Shown here in pieces: positions 12,723 to 25,120 of a stretch of 34,355 nucleotides of DNA. Origin of the DNA: Octopus bimaculoides (lineage: Eukaryota). Numbering within the stretch: the first letter of the stretch is position 1; every line of letters starts with the position of its first letter. The position numbers were made by a program, and so were the translations under genes. The notes under the pieces were generated by a model. That model searched no databases. It worked only from the letters and a program-made list of their open reading frames with translations, and was not told the DNA's origin. Location: the NCBI RefSeq assembly GCF_001194135.2, contig NC_069003.1, positions 35,660,621-35,694,975 of the forward strand, in the 5' to 3' direction.

Positions 12723-12955
12723 AAAGTAGAACTCAAAATATGAGTATATGTATATTTTAATTAATATTTGGCGGAAGTAACAGGGTGACTCAATGTCCGA
12801 GATTTTCACAACGTTGGCACTTATCAAACAAGTTACACTTAATAAACTATTTCAACCTCTCGGACCTTGAGTCATCTCTTACTTCTGCTAAATATTAATA
12901 TGTGTATGTGTATGTCTGTGTTTGTGTGCGTGTGTGTGTGTGTATGTTCATATAT

Positions 12956-13600
12956 GTGTTCTTGAGCAAGGCACTTCATTTCACGTTGCTCCAGTTCACT
13001 CAGCTGTCGAAATGAGTTGCGATGTCACTGGTGCCAAGCTGTATTGGCCTTTGCCTTTCGCTTGGATATCGTGGCACTCCTTCAGTTACGACGACGAGAA
13101 TTCCGGCTGATCCGATCAACGGAACAGCCTGCTCGTGAATTTAACGCGCAAGTGGTGAGCACTCCACAGACAAATATACCGTTACCGTGGTCCTCGAGGA
13201 GATTCAGCCTGACACAGAGTGTGAAAAGGCTGGCCCTTTGAAATGCAGGTACAACAGGAACAGGAAGAATAAGTGAGAGAAAGTTGTGGTAAAAGAGTAC
13301 AGCAGGGTTCGCTACCATCCCCTGCCGGAGCCTCGTGGAACTTTAAGTGTTTTCGCTCAATAAACACTCACAACGCCCGGTTCGGGAATCGAGACCGTGA
13401 TCCTACGACTGCGAGTCCACTGCCCTAACCATTGGGACGTTGCGCCTCCACTTCTTTGGATAACATTGGTGGCGTAGAGAGGGGTGGTTAGTATGCATGA
13501 GCGACTGCTGGTCTTCAATGAAAAACGTCACTGGATTTGTGCCGCGGTAGGGAATTTTCTATGTGCAGTCCCATGATCCTTTATGACCGAAGGGGTCTTT
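12956..13600 (+). mobile_element. Headless SINE (family C-type central domain) split by a nested SINE
   Basis: gtgttcttgagcaaggcacttcatttcacgttgctc also occurs at about 26073; the body continues after 13452 (ttctttggataacattggtggcg...). Confidence 0.7.
13071..13451 (-). mobile_element. tRNA-derived SINE nested inside another SINE
   Basis: Minus-strand head gtggaggcgc...aatggttagggcagtggactcgcagtcgtaggatcacggtctcgattcccg; flanked by the imperfect direct repeat ttcgcttggata/ttctttggata. Confidence 0.85.
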
Positions 13601-13923
13601 ACCAATGCATGTATATACATATACTTGAGAAGGAAGGTGAGCGTCGCGCGGGAGGTGTTGAATTTGAGTGGTGTTATTGAAAGCTGGGTGAAAGTGATGA
13701 AAATGGCAAGAGTGGATGGCACCACACTAATTGTAGGCGTCAGAGTAGGTGAGCAAAAATTGAAGAGGAAACTTGCTCCAAGTATACAGGGAGAACTTGG
13801 ATGGTGGGGTTCTTGAATTGTCCCAAGAAGTCGTCCTTTTTCAAGAGTATCGTATTATTACTTTTCTGTTAATTATTTTATTATTTCATTTCTTTTTGAT
13901 AATATTGAATACCATGTAATGCG

Positions 13924-14140
13924 GCGAGCTGGCATAATCGTTACCGCGCCAGGTAAGATGCTTAGTGACATTTTGTCTGTCTTTACGTTCTCCGTTCAAA
14001 TTCCGCCGAGATTGATTTTGTCTTTCATCCTTTCGGGTTCGATAAAAAATAAGTACCAGTTTAGCACTAGAGTCAATGTAATAGACTTTCGCCCTCCCCT
14101 GATAATGCATGTCCTGTGCCAAAATTTGAAATTGATATTG
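13924..14140 (+). mobile_element. SINE family A
   Basis: ggcgagctggcataatcgtta...cgttcaaattccgccgag...gtgccaaaatttgaa. Confidence 0.9.
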
Positions 14141-14325
14141 TATACCATACAAATTTCATTTCTTTTGCTGACATTGTATGCCATGTATATTTAGATTGTT
14201 TTTTTGTCTATGTAAATACCTATAGTTTTGTGCTTGTCTTTGTATTTTTCCCTCTCATTCGTCGCCCTGATGGCAAATAAAAGAAATCCTCATCATCATC
14301 ACCATCATCATCATTATCATCACCA

Positions 14326-14329
<4 letters not shown>

Positions 14330-14386
<57 letters not shown>

Positions 14387-14999
14387 CATTATTATCATTA
14401 TAGAAGACGTCGCATAGTATCCTGTATTGTGATGTGGCAGATTGAAGATATTGTGTGTACCGGGGTTGGGGGTGGGGTATTATCTGCCAAGTCACAAGTA
14501 TCTGAAACAGACAGTACTTTAAGCAGTATGCGTGCAGTTCTAAGTAAAGCTGATTTTTGCAATATACCACGATTGTAGGAGTATTTCGAAAGTCTCCAGA
14601 TGTTCCTTCAAGTTGGGTGGTATTGAACCAAATGCTCTAATGACTAAAGGAACAACCTGTATGTTTAGACTTGTGCAACCGCCACATCTTAGCGATCTTA
14701 ATTTTCAGATTTCCATATTTATCAATCTTTTCTCTTTCGTTCGTGATATGCTGATTTGGTATTGCCACGTCGATTATTAGGCAATCTTGCTTGTCTCTTC
14801 TAAAGGCTACTATATCTAGCCTTCGGTGCTCTAACACCTTGGCTGTCTAGAAGTCAAAGCCCCAGATGATCTTTGCCTTCCTGTTTTCTTCCGTTACTTT
14901 TCCCAGTCTACATTGGTGCCAAGCACCAGTTATCACATACCCATACTTCTGGATGGTTTAAGCTTGAATATCAAGATTTTTGCAAAATTACCTTAGGTG
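14330..14999 (-). mobile_element. R4/Dong-like non-LTR retrotransposon, 3' part (RLE endonuclease, 3' UTR, (TAA)n end)
   Basis: KVTEENRKAKIIWGFDF*TAKVLEHRRLDIV...CLIIDVAIP...EREKIDKYGNL (PD-(D/E)xK RLE domain), then C-terminal LQKSALLRTARILLKVL, then an (AAT)n tract at about 14330-14400. Confidence 0.9.
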
Positions 15000-15150
15000 T
15001 AATAGCCGGCAACTGACTAGGCCTACCGGCGCGAACATTTTCATCCATGCGCAAAAAGGGTGGTGTTATCTCCTGCCGAAAGGATTTGTCCTATGAGGCA
15101 TTAGTTTTGGCGCGAAAAAGTAAGATCGGATACTTTTTTAAAGCATCTCG

Positions 15151-15190
<40 letters not shown>

Positions 15191-15209
15191 AATCTATCTA
15201 TCTATCTAC

Positions 15210-15255
<46 letters not shown>

Positions 15256-15320
15256 GTCTATCTATCTATCTATCTATATATATATATATATATATATATC
15301 TATCGATCTATCTATCTATC
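15151..15320. repeat. (TATC)n/(TA)n microsatellite
   Basis: Directly visible. Confidence 0.95.
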
Positions 15321-15740
15321 CAATTAACTATCTCATCTGCTTTCCTTTCTGCCAATGTATGTATTTGCTCTCTAATACCGGTAAATATTTAATACTAATA
15401 AGAAAAAAATGAATGATGGTGTACCCCATCATGGTCACAGCTTTTGGTCTGGAAGACAAAAAAATAATAATAATGTAACATCCACAGCTATTTGCTAAGA
15501 TTATTTCACTTTAATTTAACTATCTAGCGATATATCTTTTAATGCATTAGATCTCCATAACATTGTTTCATTATGTAAAACATTTAGACTGTGCCAGCAA
15601 TTTGATCACAAAAATACAGAATAATATAGACCTTCTTCCTCCTCCCTCTCTCCTTCTCTCTCTCTTTCTCTCGTTTCTCTTTCTCTCTCTCTCACTCTCT
15701 TGTATTCCTTCGTTCTATTTTTTCACTGATTCCATTATTT

Positions 15741-17295
15741 CCGTTGTTATAATGTCTTTGAGTAAGTCTAGGGCATTCTTTCACGATATGGGTAATGGCT
15801 TCGTCAACTCTATCACAGAATCGGCACAGTGGAGACACTTGCTCGTTCCTAAGGTTGACCCTCCAATTTGTAGCCAAAGCTTAGTCCTGCGCCACCAGTA
15901 TGGTGCGCTCAGTCTCTCTTTTCGGTGTTCCCTTTTCAGCCAGTCCTACGTATATTCTCCATCAACTTCAGTTGTGGATACATGGAATTGACTGTGTTGT
16001 CTCTTATTGTGTAGTGCTTCTCCATGCCCTTTTTTGTATTTCTTGCGTTTTTTTCTCTGCTTTCAAACGCCCTCTTCCCTAACTGACACGTGCAAGGTTT
16101 CTTTATTTTGAGACAGGTGCCTCAGTATGTTCCCAAGTTCGATATGTACGCAGTCTCCCACACTTATCAGTGCCCTTCCTCTATTTGCTCTCTTGATGTA
16201 TAGGTGATCAGTGTCTACTCGTGGATGATGGGTTGCATGCATTTTTAGGAGCTTTCTTGACTTCCTGTCCAACTCCTTTAGCTCATCCTCTGTCTACCTC
16301 AGAATACCAGCGCCATACCGAGTCACTGCGACTGTGCGTGTGTTTATTGCCGAAACTATGTGTCTCTCGCATTCAACTTTGAATCCAATATTTTCTCATT
16401 CGCCACAGATACCCTTTCTTTGTCTTTTCTTTTATATCATTGTGCTCAAATCCATCTGCCTCAAGCATTCCTAGCTATTTATATCTGTATTCAGGTCTAA
16501 TTGCCTTCGTCATTTCAGCTCTTGGCATAAATACACCTATTCTGACAAGCTTTGCTCGTCTCATCACCATCATAGCACATTTTGAAAGTTTAAACTCCTT
16601 GATATCATTTGAGGAAATCTGCACAGACTAGACTGTGCAGTTCTGCTTCCTTTACCACTTTCCAGACCACTTTGTAGTATATTATGGTTGCATAACGAAA
16701 TACATTGCACCTACAGGTCATTAGTACTTCCCAGATCATACTCCAGCTTTGTCTTCTGAAGCATTTCAATCAGGGGAATGATTCTCAATTCAAAGATCAG
16801 TGGGGGTACACTGTCCCACTGGAAGATTCCTCTCCTAATTTTCACTTTTAATACCTGATTCCCTGCAGTCAATTCAGTTCTCCAGCCTTCCATACTGTTC
16901 CATATAAGGCATCTTATGTTTTCTGCTACTCCATACATTTCCATAGTCCTCGTTAGCCAAGTGAGTGGACTCATATCGCATGCTTTACGATAACCAATCC
17001 ATAACATCTTCAGATTTGTGCGTCTTCACTTGTACTTTTTGATAATCAGTCTATTTATTAATCACTGATCTATTCTATAGGTAGCAATCCATTATTTTTC
17101 TAATATCCATACAGTTGACAGGCCAAAAGACGTGATAATAGTTTCCACATTAGCAGAGGACATGTTATTGGTCGTAAGTTGGATACAATGTTACTCTTTT
17201 CAACAGCCTTGATACATAACAATGTCTTTCCCTTTGTCATCTAGCTGGGTATTGAGCCTTTCTGCAAGCAGTTATCCAGCTGTTCAGAATTGTCT
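15741..17295 (-). mobile_element. R4/Dong-like non-LTR retrotransposon, 5'-truncated RT to CCHC part (pseudogene)
   Basis: MTKGKTLL...NLRPITCPLLMWKLL; WIGYRKACD; IRRGIFQWDSVPPLIF; YK*LGMLEAD; DRKSRKLLKMHATHHPRVDTDHLY; CRFCDRVDEAITHIVKEC (CCHC finger). Many stops; YMDD motif eroded. Confidence 0.92.
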
Positions 17296-17299
17296 GCAT

Positions 17300-17490
17300 G
17301 CTAGGCGAAATGTTTAGCGGCATTTCATCCGTTTTCATGTTCTGCGTTAAAATTCCACTGGAATCGACTCTGCCTTTCAGCCTTTCTGGGTTAATAAAAT
17401 AAGTACATGCCAAGAACTGAGGTCGATGTAATTGACTAGTCCTTCTCCTGAAACTTCAGGCCTTGTACCTATGGTAAAAAGGATTATTAT
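17300..17490 (+). mobile_element. SINE family A, partial head
   Basis: ggcgaaatgtttagcggcatttc...aatcgactctgcctttcagcctttc...taaaataagtac. Confidence 0.8.
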
Positions 17491-17759
17491 CATTTTTATA
17501 ACAAAAAAACGTGTCTTCTCATTGAAGATAGTATCTTTAGACTGACTTGGCGATATTCTGGTAACAGCATCTGTTAAGTTGACGGAGGTTCTAACTACAC
17601 CACAGGTCAGTTTTCGTAGGATAAATTTTAATTTTGTTTTTACATATCGAGCAACCAGGATATTACAAGTGGGACGAGTTCACTGCGCAAATAGACCCAG
17701 TAGAAATGTATCAACCTGTAATAACTTTCATTATTTATCAATATATGCAATATATAGGG

Positions 17760-17975
17760 TGGTGAGCAGGCAGTATCGTTAGTACGACGGACAAAATGCT
17801 TAGCGACATTGCGTTCGTCTTTACGTTCTGAGTTCAAATTCCGTCAAGGCCGACTTTACCTTTCATCCTTTTCAGGTCGATAAAATAAGTACCAGTTGAA
17901 CATTGGGGTCGATGTAATCGACTTACCACCGTCACCGAAATTGCTGGCCTTGTACCAAAATTTGAAATCAATATA
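17760..17975 (+). mobile_element. SINE family A (tandem copy 1)
   Basis: ggtgagcaggcagtatcgttag...gagttcaaattccg...gtaccaaaatttgaaatcaat. Confidence 0.9.
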
Positions 17976-17987
17976 TGCAACATATTG

Positions 17988-18192
17988 GGCGGCTAGTTGA
18001 CAGAATTGCTAGCACACCGGGTAAAATGCTGCCGGTATTTCGACCGTCTTTATGGTCTGAGTTCAAATTCCGCTGTAGTGGACTTTGCCTTTCATTTCTT
18101 CGGGTAAACATAATAAGTACTGGAGTGGATGGAATCGACGTAATCCCTCTCTCGAAAATGCCGGCCTAATACCAACATTTGGAACCAATATG
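17988..18192 (+). mobile_element. SINE family A (tandem copy 2)
   Basis: gctagttgacagaattgctagcac...gagttcaaattccgc...accaacatttggaaccaat. Confidence 0.85.
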
Positions 18193-19450
18193 TGCAATAT
18201 ATTGAGAACTGAGAATTATTTTATTTAAGAATTTTGTCTGAACTGATAGGCAAAAGATAAAAATATATTTACCGCTTCTAACGAAATTGAAGATAATCTT
18301 ACTTCTAATACCTTATTCGTATCTATATTTTATGCAAGTTTTATATAAATTGTATGTCCGCATATGAGTGTGTGCCTGCGTTCCTATATTCTTATATATA
18401 CGGGAATTTGAGATTATATATTTTCGTTTGAAGTATCTGATTTATATAATAATTTGAGACAAGTCTCTGGAGACTTTCGACAATGGCCTACTGTGACATT
18501 AAATCTGTACAGGAAAATTGTGATGGGAAAACGTAGTCAGAAAAGGAGTTACAGAGAAATGGATTTATAGCGACTAATGTGGCTGAAGAACGAAAGAAAT
18601 CGGGTACAATGAACATACTTAATTAAGGGAGAGATTGACTGTTCGCAGGTTATACTTAGAGAAGAGAGAAAGAGAATTAGAATTAGTTTGCCAATAAGAC
18701 TGAAATCTAAAGCTGTAATCCTTACTGTACAGTTCAAAAACTTATTCCAATTAACTTATGATTCCACCCTGAAAGGAGTAATTAAGACTTTTTTGTTTGA
18801 ATTTTTAGATATATCTCTTTCTATTGTTTATAAATGGGATTCTGGTTTCTAAAATATAAGAATCTTAAGATGTTATGATACTTAACCCATTAAGTGAAAT
18901 TTTTTTATTCATTTTTTTCTTTTGACTTTGTCAGGTGTCTTAAGGAGTTAAAATAATATGTAGAATTAAAATTTTCTTCATATGTAAATTATTTTGGAAA
19001 TTAGGATAAATTTTTCGAAAAGTCACAAAGTATTTTTGTCCTTTCCTATTTAATTGCAATACTAAGCATTTTAATTTTTTTAAACTATGGTGTCAAATGT
19101 GAACGTGTATGAAATATTAATGAATGATATAGATGGGAAATGCCAAAAAAAAAAAACGTTTTCAAAACAGTCAATATTTTTTTAAGTCAAAAATTGCAAA
19201 TTTATGTCAGAGCTAATAATGACAAACTTTAATTACTAAATGTTGTTAAACACTCCTCTGCAAACGCAATGTCCATAAGCCATTCGCTTTAAATACAACG
19301 AACAACCGGCAGTGAGACTGTTTTTAGCAGATCCGCAAATGGGGCCCATGGCAGGCAAGAGGTTAATCTAAAAAGTATTCGTCGCAGAAACACAAATTTA
19401 GATTTTAGTCTTCATGGATTAAAAATTCCACTTGCCTTAAATGTCTAGTA

Positions 19451-19532
19451 CAGTGGTTCCCAACCTGAGTTCCGCAGATACATGCGGTGGTCCATAAAGC
19501 TAGTACTGGGGGTCCGTGAGTTAAATTCAAAA

Positions 19533-19623
<91 letters not shown>

Positions 19624-19690
19624 TAAGGATAAGCATATTGAAAGGGGCCCGTGAGAAAACTGATTTAAGTAAAAGGGTTGGGAACCACTG
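19451..19690. mobile_element. hAT (Charlie-type) MITE with an internal (CA)n(TA)n tract
   Basis: TIRs cagtggttcccaacc / ggttgggaaccactg; perfect 8-bp TSD gtctagta at 19443-19450 and 19691-19698. Confidence 0.95.
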
Positions 19691-20139
19691 GTCTAGTAGC
19701 TTGTTACAGAAGATTAATTGTAATTTACTTTTCGTAATGGTTAAATAAATTTAATCTCTTATGGTACCTATTTAGAATTGAGATTATGTTTTACTCTAGG
19801 AACTAAATGATGCAATAATGCACTTCTAACAAATGGAAAGCAGGTTCAGATATCAGTTTATTCAGTAAGTCGTATGAAACAGGTCGGTGACAATTTATAA
19901 ATCTATTTTTGATAAAATAATTGATAAACACTTGATATCTAGTCAATTAATACAAAACTTTTAAAGCAAAAAGTTAATAACTCATTTCTAATGACGTGTG
20001 GTGATAAAATAATTAACATAATTATGATAATTTGAAAATGGATGTTTCTCATCAAAACCTAGGGTAGTCATTTCAAGACAAATAGAAACTGAAATACATT
20101 AAATGACAAATTATTAAATACCATGTGGTTGTAAGGGAT

Positions 20140-20171
<32 letters not shown>

Positions 20172-20249
20172 GGGGGGGGGATGGATGGATGGATGGATGG
20201 ATGTACGCATGTATATGTATGTATGTATGTATGTATCTATCTATATATA

Positions 20250-20287
<38 letters not shown>

Positions 20288-20394
20288 TATATATATGTAT
20301 ACGTATAACAAGCAATGTAGCTAGTTAGATGATAAATATTACTTCTCATTACATATGTGCGCGTGTATGTATATATATATATATAGATAGATAA

Positions 20395-20434
<40 letters not shown>

Positions 20435-20467
20435 GTACATACATACATACACACATACATATATGCA

Positions 20468-20499
<32 letters not shown>

Positions 20500-20507
20500 C
20501 ACGCACG

Positions 20508-20571
<64 letters not shown>

Positions 20572-20590
20572 AGCGCACGTATACACATAT
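20140..20590. repeat. Compound microsatellite block (TA, GGAT, TATG, GATA, CATA)
   Basis: Directly visible. Confidence 0.9.
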
Positions 20591-20796
20591 ACATTAAAGA
20601 TTTGCGCATCATATAATAGGTAACTTTGGAAGTGTTCTTTTGCTACTATAGATAATATAAGGAAATATGGCATACATAGAATAATTGTAGGTTAACTTTT
20701 ATCAAATTTCTCGTTGCTTGTACGAAATGATGAAATGAATGTTATTTCTTTTAAATATTTATTAATCTACTATTTACACTCTTTCTTCCACCTCTG

Positions 20797-20805
20797 TCTC
20801 TCTCT

Positions 20806-20897
<92 letters not shown>
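20797..20897. repeat. (CT)n microsatellite
   Basis: Directly visible. Confidence 0.95.
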
Positions 20898-20902
<5 letters not shown>

Positions 20903-21419
20903 GTAGCATTCTTCTACTCACTACCTAACATCAAGATCAAGCACTCCTACATCTTTTATACTAACTCTATATCACTCTTTTACTGCCTATTTTCCACTGT
21001 CTCCACAAGATCTAAAGCATGACTGGAGAAATCAAGCAAGCAACGATATTTATACATTCAAATATTACCTTAAGCTGCATTTAGCAGTTAGTATGTATAT
21101 AAACTCAACTGTAAATTATACACATTTATACGTATATTTATAAGTAATATCTATGTAAAACGTATCTTAAATATTATTTCTATGTTTGTATACACGTATG
21201 TTTATTTGCAACTTTATTTTTACATATATACGTATATCAATCTGCATATTAGCCATTAAATGAATGAGTATACATAAGTATCGATAATCATTTTCAATTG
21301 CTATTTCATCGGTTATAGATTCCATGCTTTCGACAGAAACCAATTACAATCGAATGTAGTTTAAGTATGCGGGTAGCTAACTGGAAGAATTATTAGAGAG
21401 TCGACATTTATTCAGACTC

Positions 21420-21620
21420 ACTGTATTCTGAGTCCAGGTTCTGATAGAATTAGCTTTGCTTTTCTTTTTTTTTCTGGGTCGATAAGTAAAGTACAAGTGC
21501 AGGCTCAGTATTATTTGGAAGTTGTAAAAAGGCAGAATGCAAATAAGAGGAATAGATATTATTCCAGGTCTCTCTGCTCCGAATTCAAGCTCCGCCAAGA
21601 TGTTGATAGACAGACTCGCA
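21420..21620 (+). mobile_element. Two highly degraded family A SINE fragments
   Basis: ctttgctttc...gggtcgataagtaaagtac and ccgaattcaagctccgccaag resemble family A segments. Confidence 0.5.
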
Positions 21621-21921
21621 TGCTGGAGAAGCCTGTTCCATCTCCGACTGCTCACCCTAGAAGAGGTAGTCAACAACCAGCATATGTAAGCAAACAACGG
21701 CATACTGAGGCTTCATTCAGTATTGTATTGGCAACTGTTGAGTGTTGCATCAAATTTTCAATACGATTTTATTTGGTAAATGGAGAACTGTAATATAAAC
21801 ACAAATAAATACTTCATCTTATAGAAATATACAAATATATATATATATTTGTGTGTATATGCGTGTGCGTGTATGTATATATATATATATGTATGTGTGC
21901 ATGTGTGTATATATATGTATG

Positions 21922-21959
<38 letters not shown>

Positions 21960-22940
21960 NNNNNNNNNNNNNNNNNNNNNNNNNNNNNNNNNNNNNNNNN
22001 NNNNNNNNNNNNNNNNNNNNNNNNNNNNNNNNNNNNNNNNNNNNNNNNNNNNNNNNNNNNNNNNNNNNNNNNNNNNNNNNNNNNNNNNNNNNNNNNNNNN
22101 NNNNNNNNNNNNNNNNNNNNNNNNNNNNNNNNNNNNNNNNNNNNNNNNNNNNNNNNNNNNNNNNNNNNNNNNNNNNNNNNNNNNNNNNNNNNNNNNNNNN
22201 NNNNNNNNNNNNNNNNNNNNNNNNNNNNNNNNNNNNNNNNNNNNNNNNNNNNNNNNNNNNNNNNNNNNNNNNNNNNNNNNNNNNNNNNNNNNNNNNNNNN
22301 NNNNNNNNNNNNNNNNNNNNNNNNNNNNNNNNNNNNNNNNNNNNNNNNNNNNNNNNNNNNNNNNNNNNNNNNNNNNNNNNNNNNNNNNNNNNNNNNNNNN
22401 NNNNNNNNNNNNNNNNNNNNNNNNNNNNNNNNNNNNNNNNNNNNNNNNNNNNNNNNNNNNNNNNNNNNNNNNNNNNNNNNNNNNNNNNNNNNNNNNNNNN
22501 NNNNNNNNNNNNNNNNNNNNNNNNNNNNNNNNNNNNNNNNNNNNNNNNNNNNNNNNNNNNNNNNNNNNNNNNNNNNNNNNNNNNNNNNNNNNNNNNNNNN
22601 NNNNNNNNNNNNNNNNNNNNNNNNNNNNNNNNNNNNNNNNNNNNNNNNNNNNNNNNNNNNNNNNNNNNNNNNNNNNNNNNNNNNNNNNNNNNNNNNNNNN
22701 NNNNNNNNNNNNNNNNNNNNNNNNNNNNNNNNNNNNNNNNNNNNNNNNNNNNNNNNNNNNNNNNNNNNNNNNNNNNNNNNNNNNNNNNNNNNNNNNNNNN
22801 NNNNNNNNNNNNNNNNNNNNNNNNNNNNNNNNNNNNNNNNNNNNNNNNNNNNNNNNNNNNNNNNNNNNNNNNNNNNNNNNNNNNNNNNNNNNNNNNNNNN
22901 NNNNNNNNNNNNNNNNNNNNNNNNNNNNNNNNNNNNNNNN
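21960..22940. other. Assembly gap flanked by (TA)n
   Basis: Run of N. Confidence 1.
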
Positions 22941-22976
<36 letters not shown>

Positions 22977-24073
22977 GAAAATGAAATATTATTCTTGACT
23001 TGATTAATTTTACGGAAGTGTTGCGAATACTCAAGTTATATCATGAAATTCGTTATAAAATTATGCGGACTCTTACATATTTAAGTATTGGAACTTGGCT
23101 TAAAGACATACGTTTGACAGAGCCAAAGTGACATTCCCAACTCTAGAACTAAATAACACAATAAACAAATATTCGACGAAATCATAAGCGAATTCGAGGG
23201 GGATTCTAATGGACCCACTAATGGGATTTCATGCAATTTTTATTCAATCTTTTCTCATGAAAATGATTTTTCATTGCATGATCAATATCAGTTTTCAGAA
23301 ATTCAACGACAATTTTTTCTAATTATTTTTAGTTGCTAATTCTAACATTTCATTGCTTAAGTATATCTGTCATGTGGTTTGAATTTTAGTTTTCTTAATG
23401 CTAATATTTTTTTCATTACTTAATAGACGCAGCTTTTCTATTATAGTGCATTGTTGAGAAAAATAATCTATTTTTTAACACTGACACTCAAATGTATTAT
23501 CTAGGTCTCTGTTTGTGCACCCATTATTAATTTACTTTTTATATATTTTAATGATAACAAAAATTATCTCAGATTTTAGAAGACATTTCTAGTAAACAAA
23601 TGAATTGTTTAGATATTTTGAAGAAAATGTATTAAATGAGCAATTATTACTAGAGTGCCCATAATTCTATGCTTACAAATATGGTTGGCAAGTTAACATA
23701 TAATGACAGACAACACATACTGTTCGCAAAAGCATTTCGTCAAATCACAAAAGAAAATATATCCATCTCGAAGATAGATAAATTTTTAAAATAACAGGTA
23801 TCGCTAATCAATAAGAGACTAATGGAAGTTTTCCTAAATCTTTTGACCGAAGAGTAGAGAAGTGTAAATTGTGGAAAGGTAAAAAAGTAAACATTGAAAA
23901 TGATAATTTTCAAAAGAATATGAATTTACATTTAATCTTTCAAAAAATCATAAATGAGTATAATACAGATGTGAAAATAAATGTTAGGTACAGTATACAT
24001 GAATGAAAATAACGAAATATTAAAATAAATGTTTCCATGAAACTGGAAATTAATTGTATAGAGGACGCAGATG

Positions 24074-24132
<59 letters not shown>

Positions 24133-24679
24133 CGTGTAAATATGTATATACATATACATGTATATATGTGTATATACATAAATATGTATACTTATATATA
24201 CATGTATATATATAGTAAGAGAGAGAGGGAGAGAGAGATATATATATACACATATACATATGTGTGAGTGTGTGGGTACAATTTGACTCATTTGTTTTAT
24301 ATAACAATGTACCACTCTAAAAACTTAAAATAACCTCTCACCCTCCTCTGTCTCACACTATATATCCTTTCATTCAGAGTAAATTATAAGGGAGAATGTA
24401 CAGAATTATATCAAAAATTTCTGTATATTACTGAAAATAAACTTAGCAATATTTAAATAAATATTTTTTTTACAAATTTAAAAGGAACCAAAATATTCCA
24501 AATAGAATTGAAATGATTTAATATAAATATTCTTTTCAATTTTTGTCAATATATACCTACTTGTGAATTACGAATTGCTTCACTGTTATACGTAGCTTTA
24601 CTGCAAGCTATTTCATACAAACTCTCATCCACATATACAGAATACATAATAACAAACACACATAGAAACACGAACTCAA

Positions 24680-24680
<1 letters not shown>

Positions 24681-24768
<88 letters not shown>
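24681..24768. repeat. (AC)n microsatellite
   Basis: Directly visible. Confidence 0.95.
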
Positions 24769-24772
<4 letters not shown>

Positions 24773-25071
24773 ATCACACACGCACACGCAAGCCCTCAGA
24801 CACATATGCAAATTAATAAACTCACTCTTACAGACGCATTCGCAGAGAGAAACTATTATATATTGTGCTTATTTTCTTCAACAGTGTACATCGCCTAAAT
24901 CTATGTTTGGATGTAAAATAAAAAAATATATGTATAAGGTAACATAGAAATCAATATATAGTGCTTTCATACGGAGCTGGCAGCATGTAAATATATGACT
25001 GCATATGTGCTTATGTATATAGATAAATAGATACATAGATAGATAAATGTATATGTGTGTGTGTTTGTATG

Positions 25072-25120
<49 letters not shown>

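Noticed and set aside
18549-18737. Hydrophobic ORF (LIGKLILILFLSSLSITC) as the Wnt1 signal-peptide exon
   Set aside because: No ATG before the upstream in-frame stop; the track start is TTG, and the hydrophobic run comes from a CT-rich tract.
21377-21703. ORF with RPRKKKKSKANSIRTW resembling a Wnt1 N-terminus
   Set aside because: It overlaps degraded SINE fragments, the basic run comes from a poly-T tract, and the GTGAGT donor is phase 0 whereas phase 2 is required.
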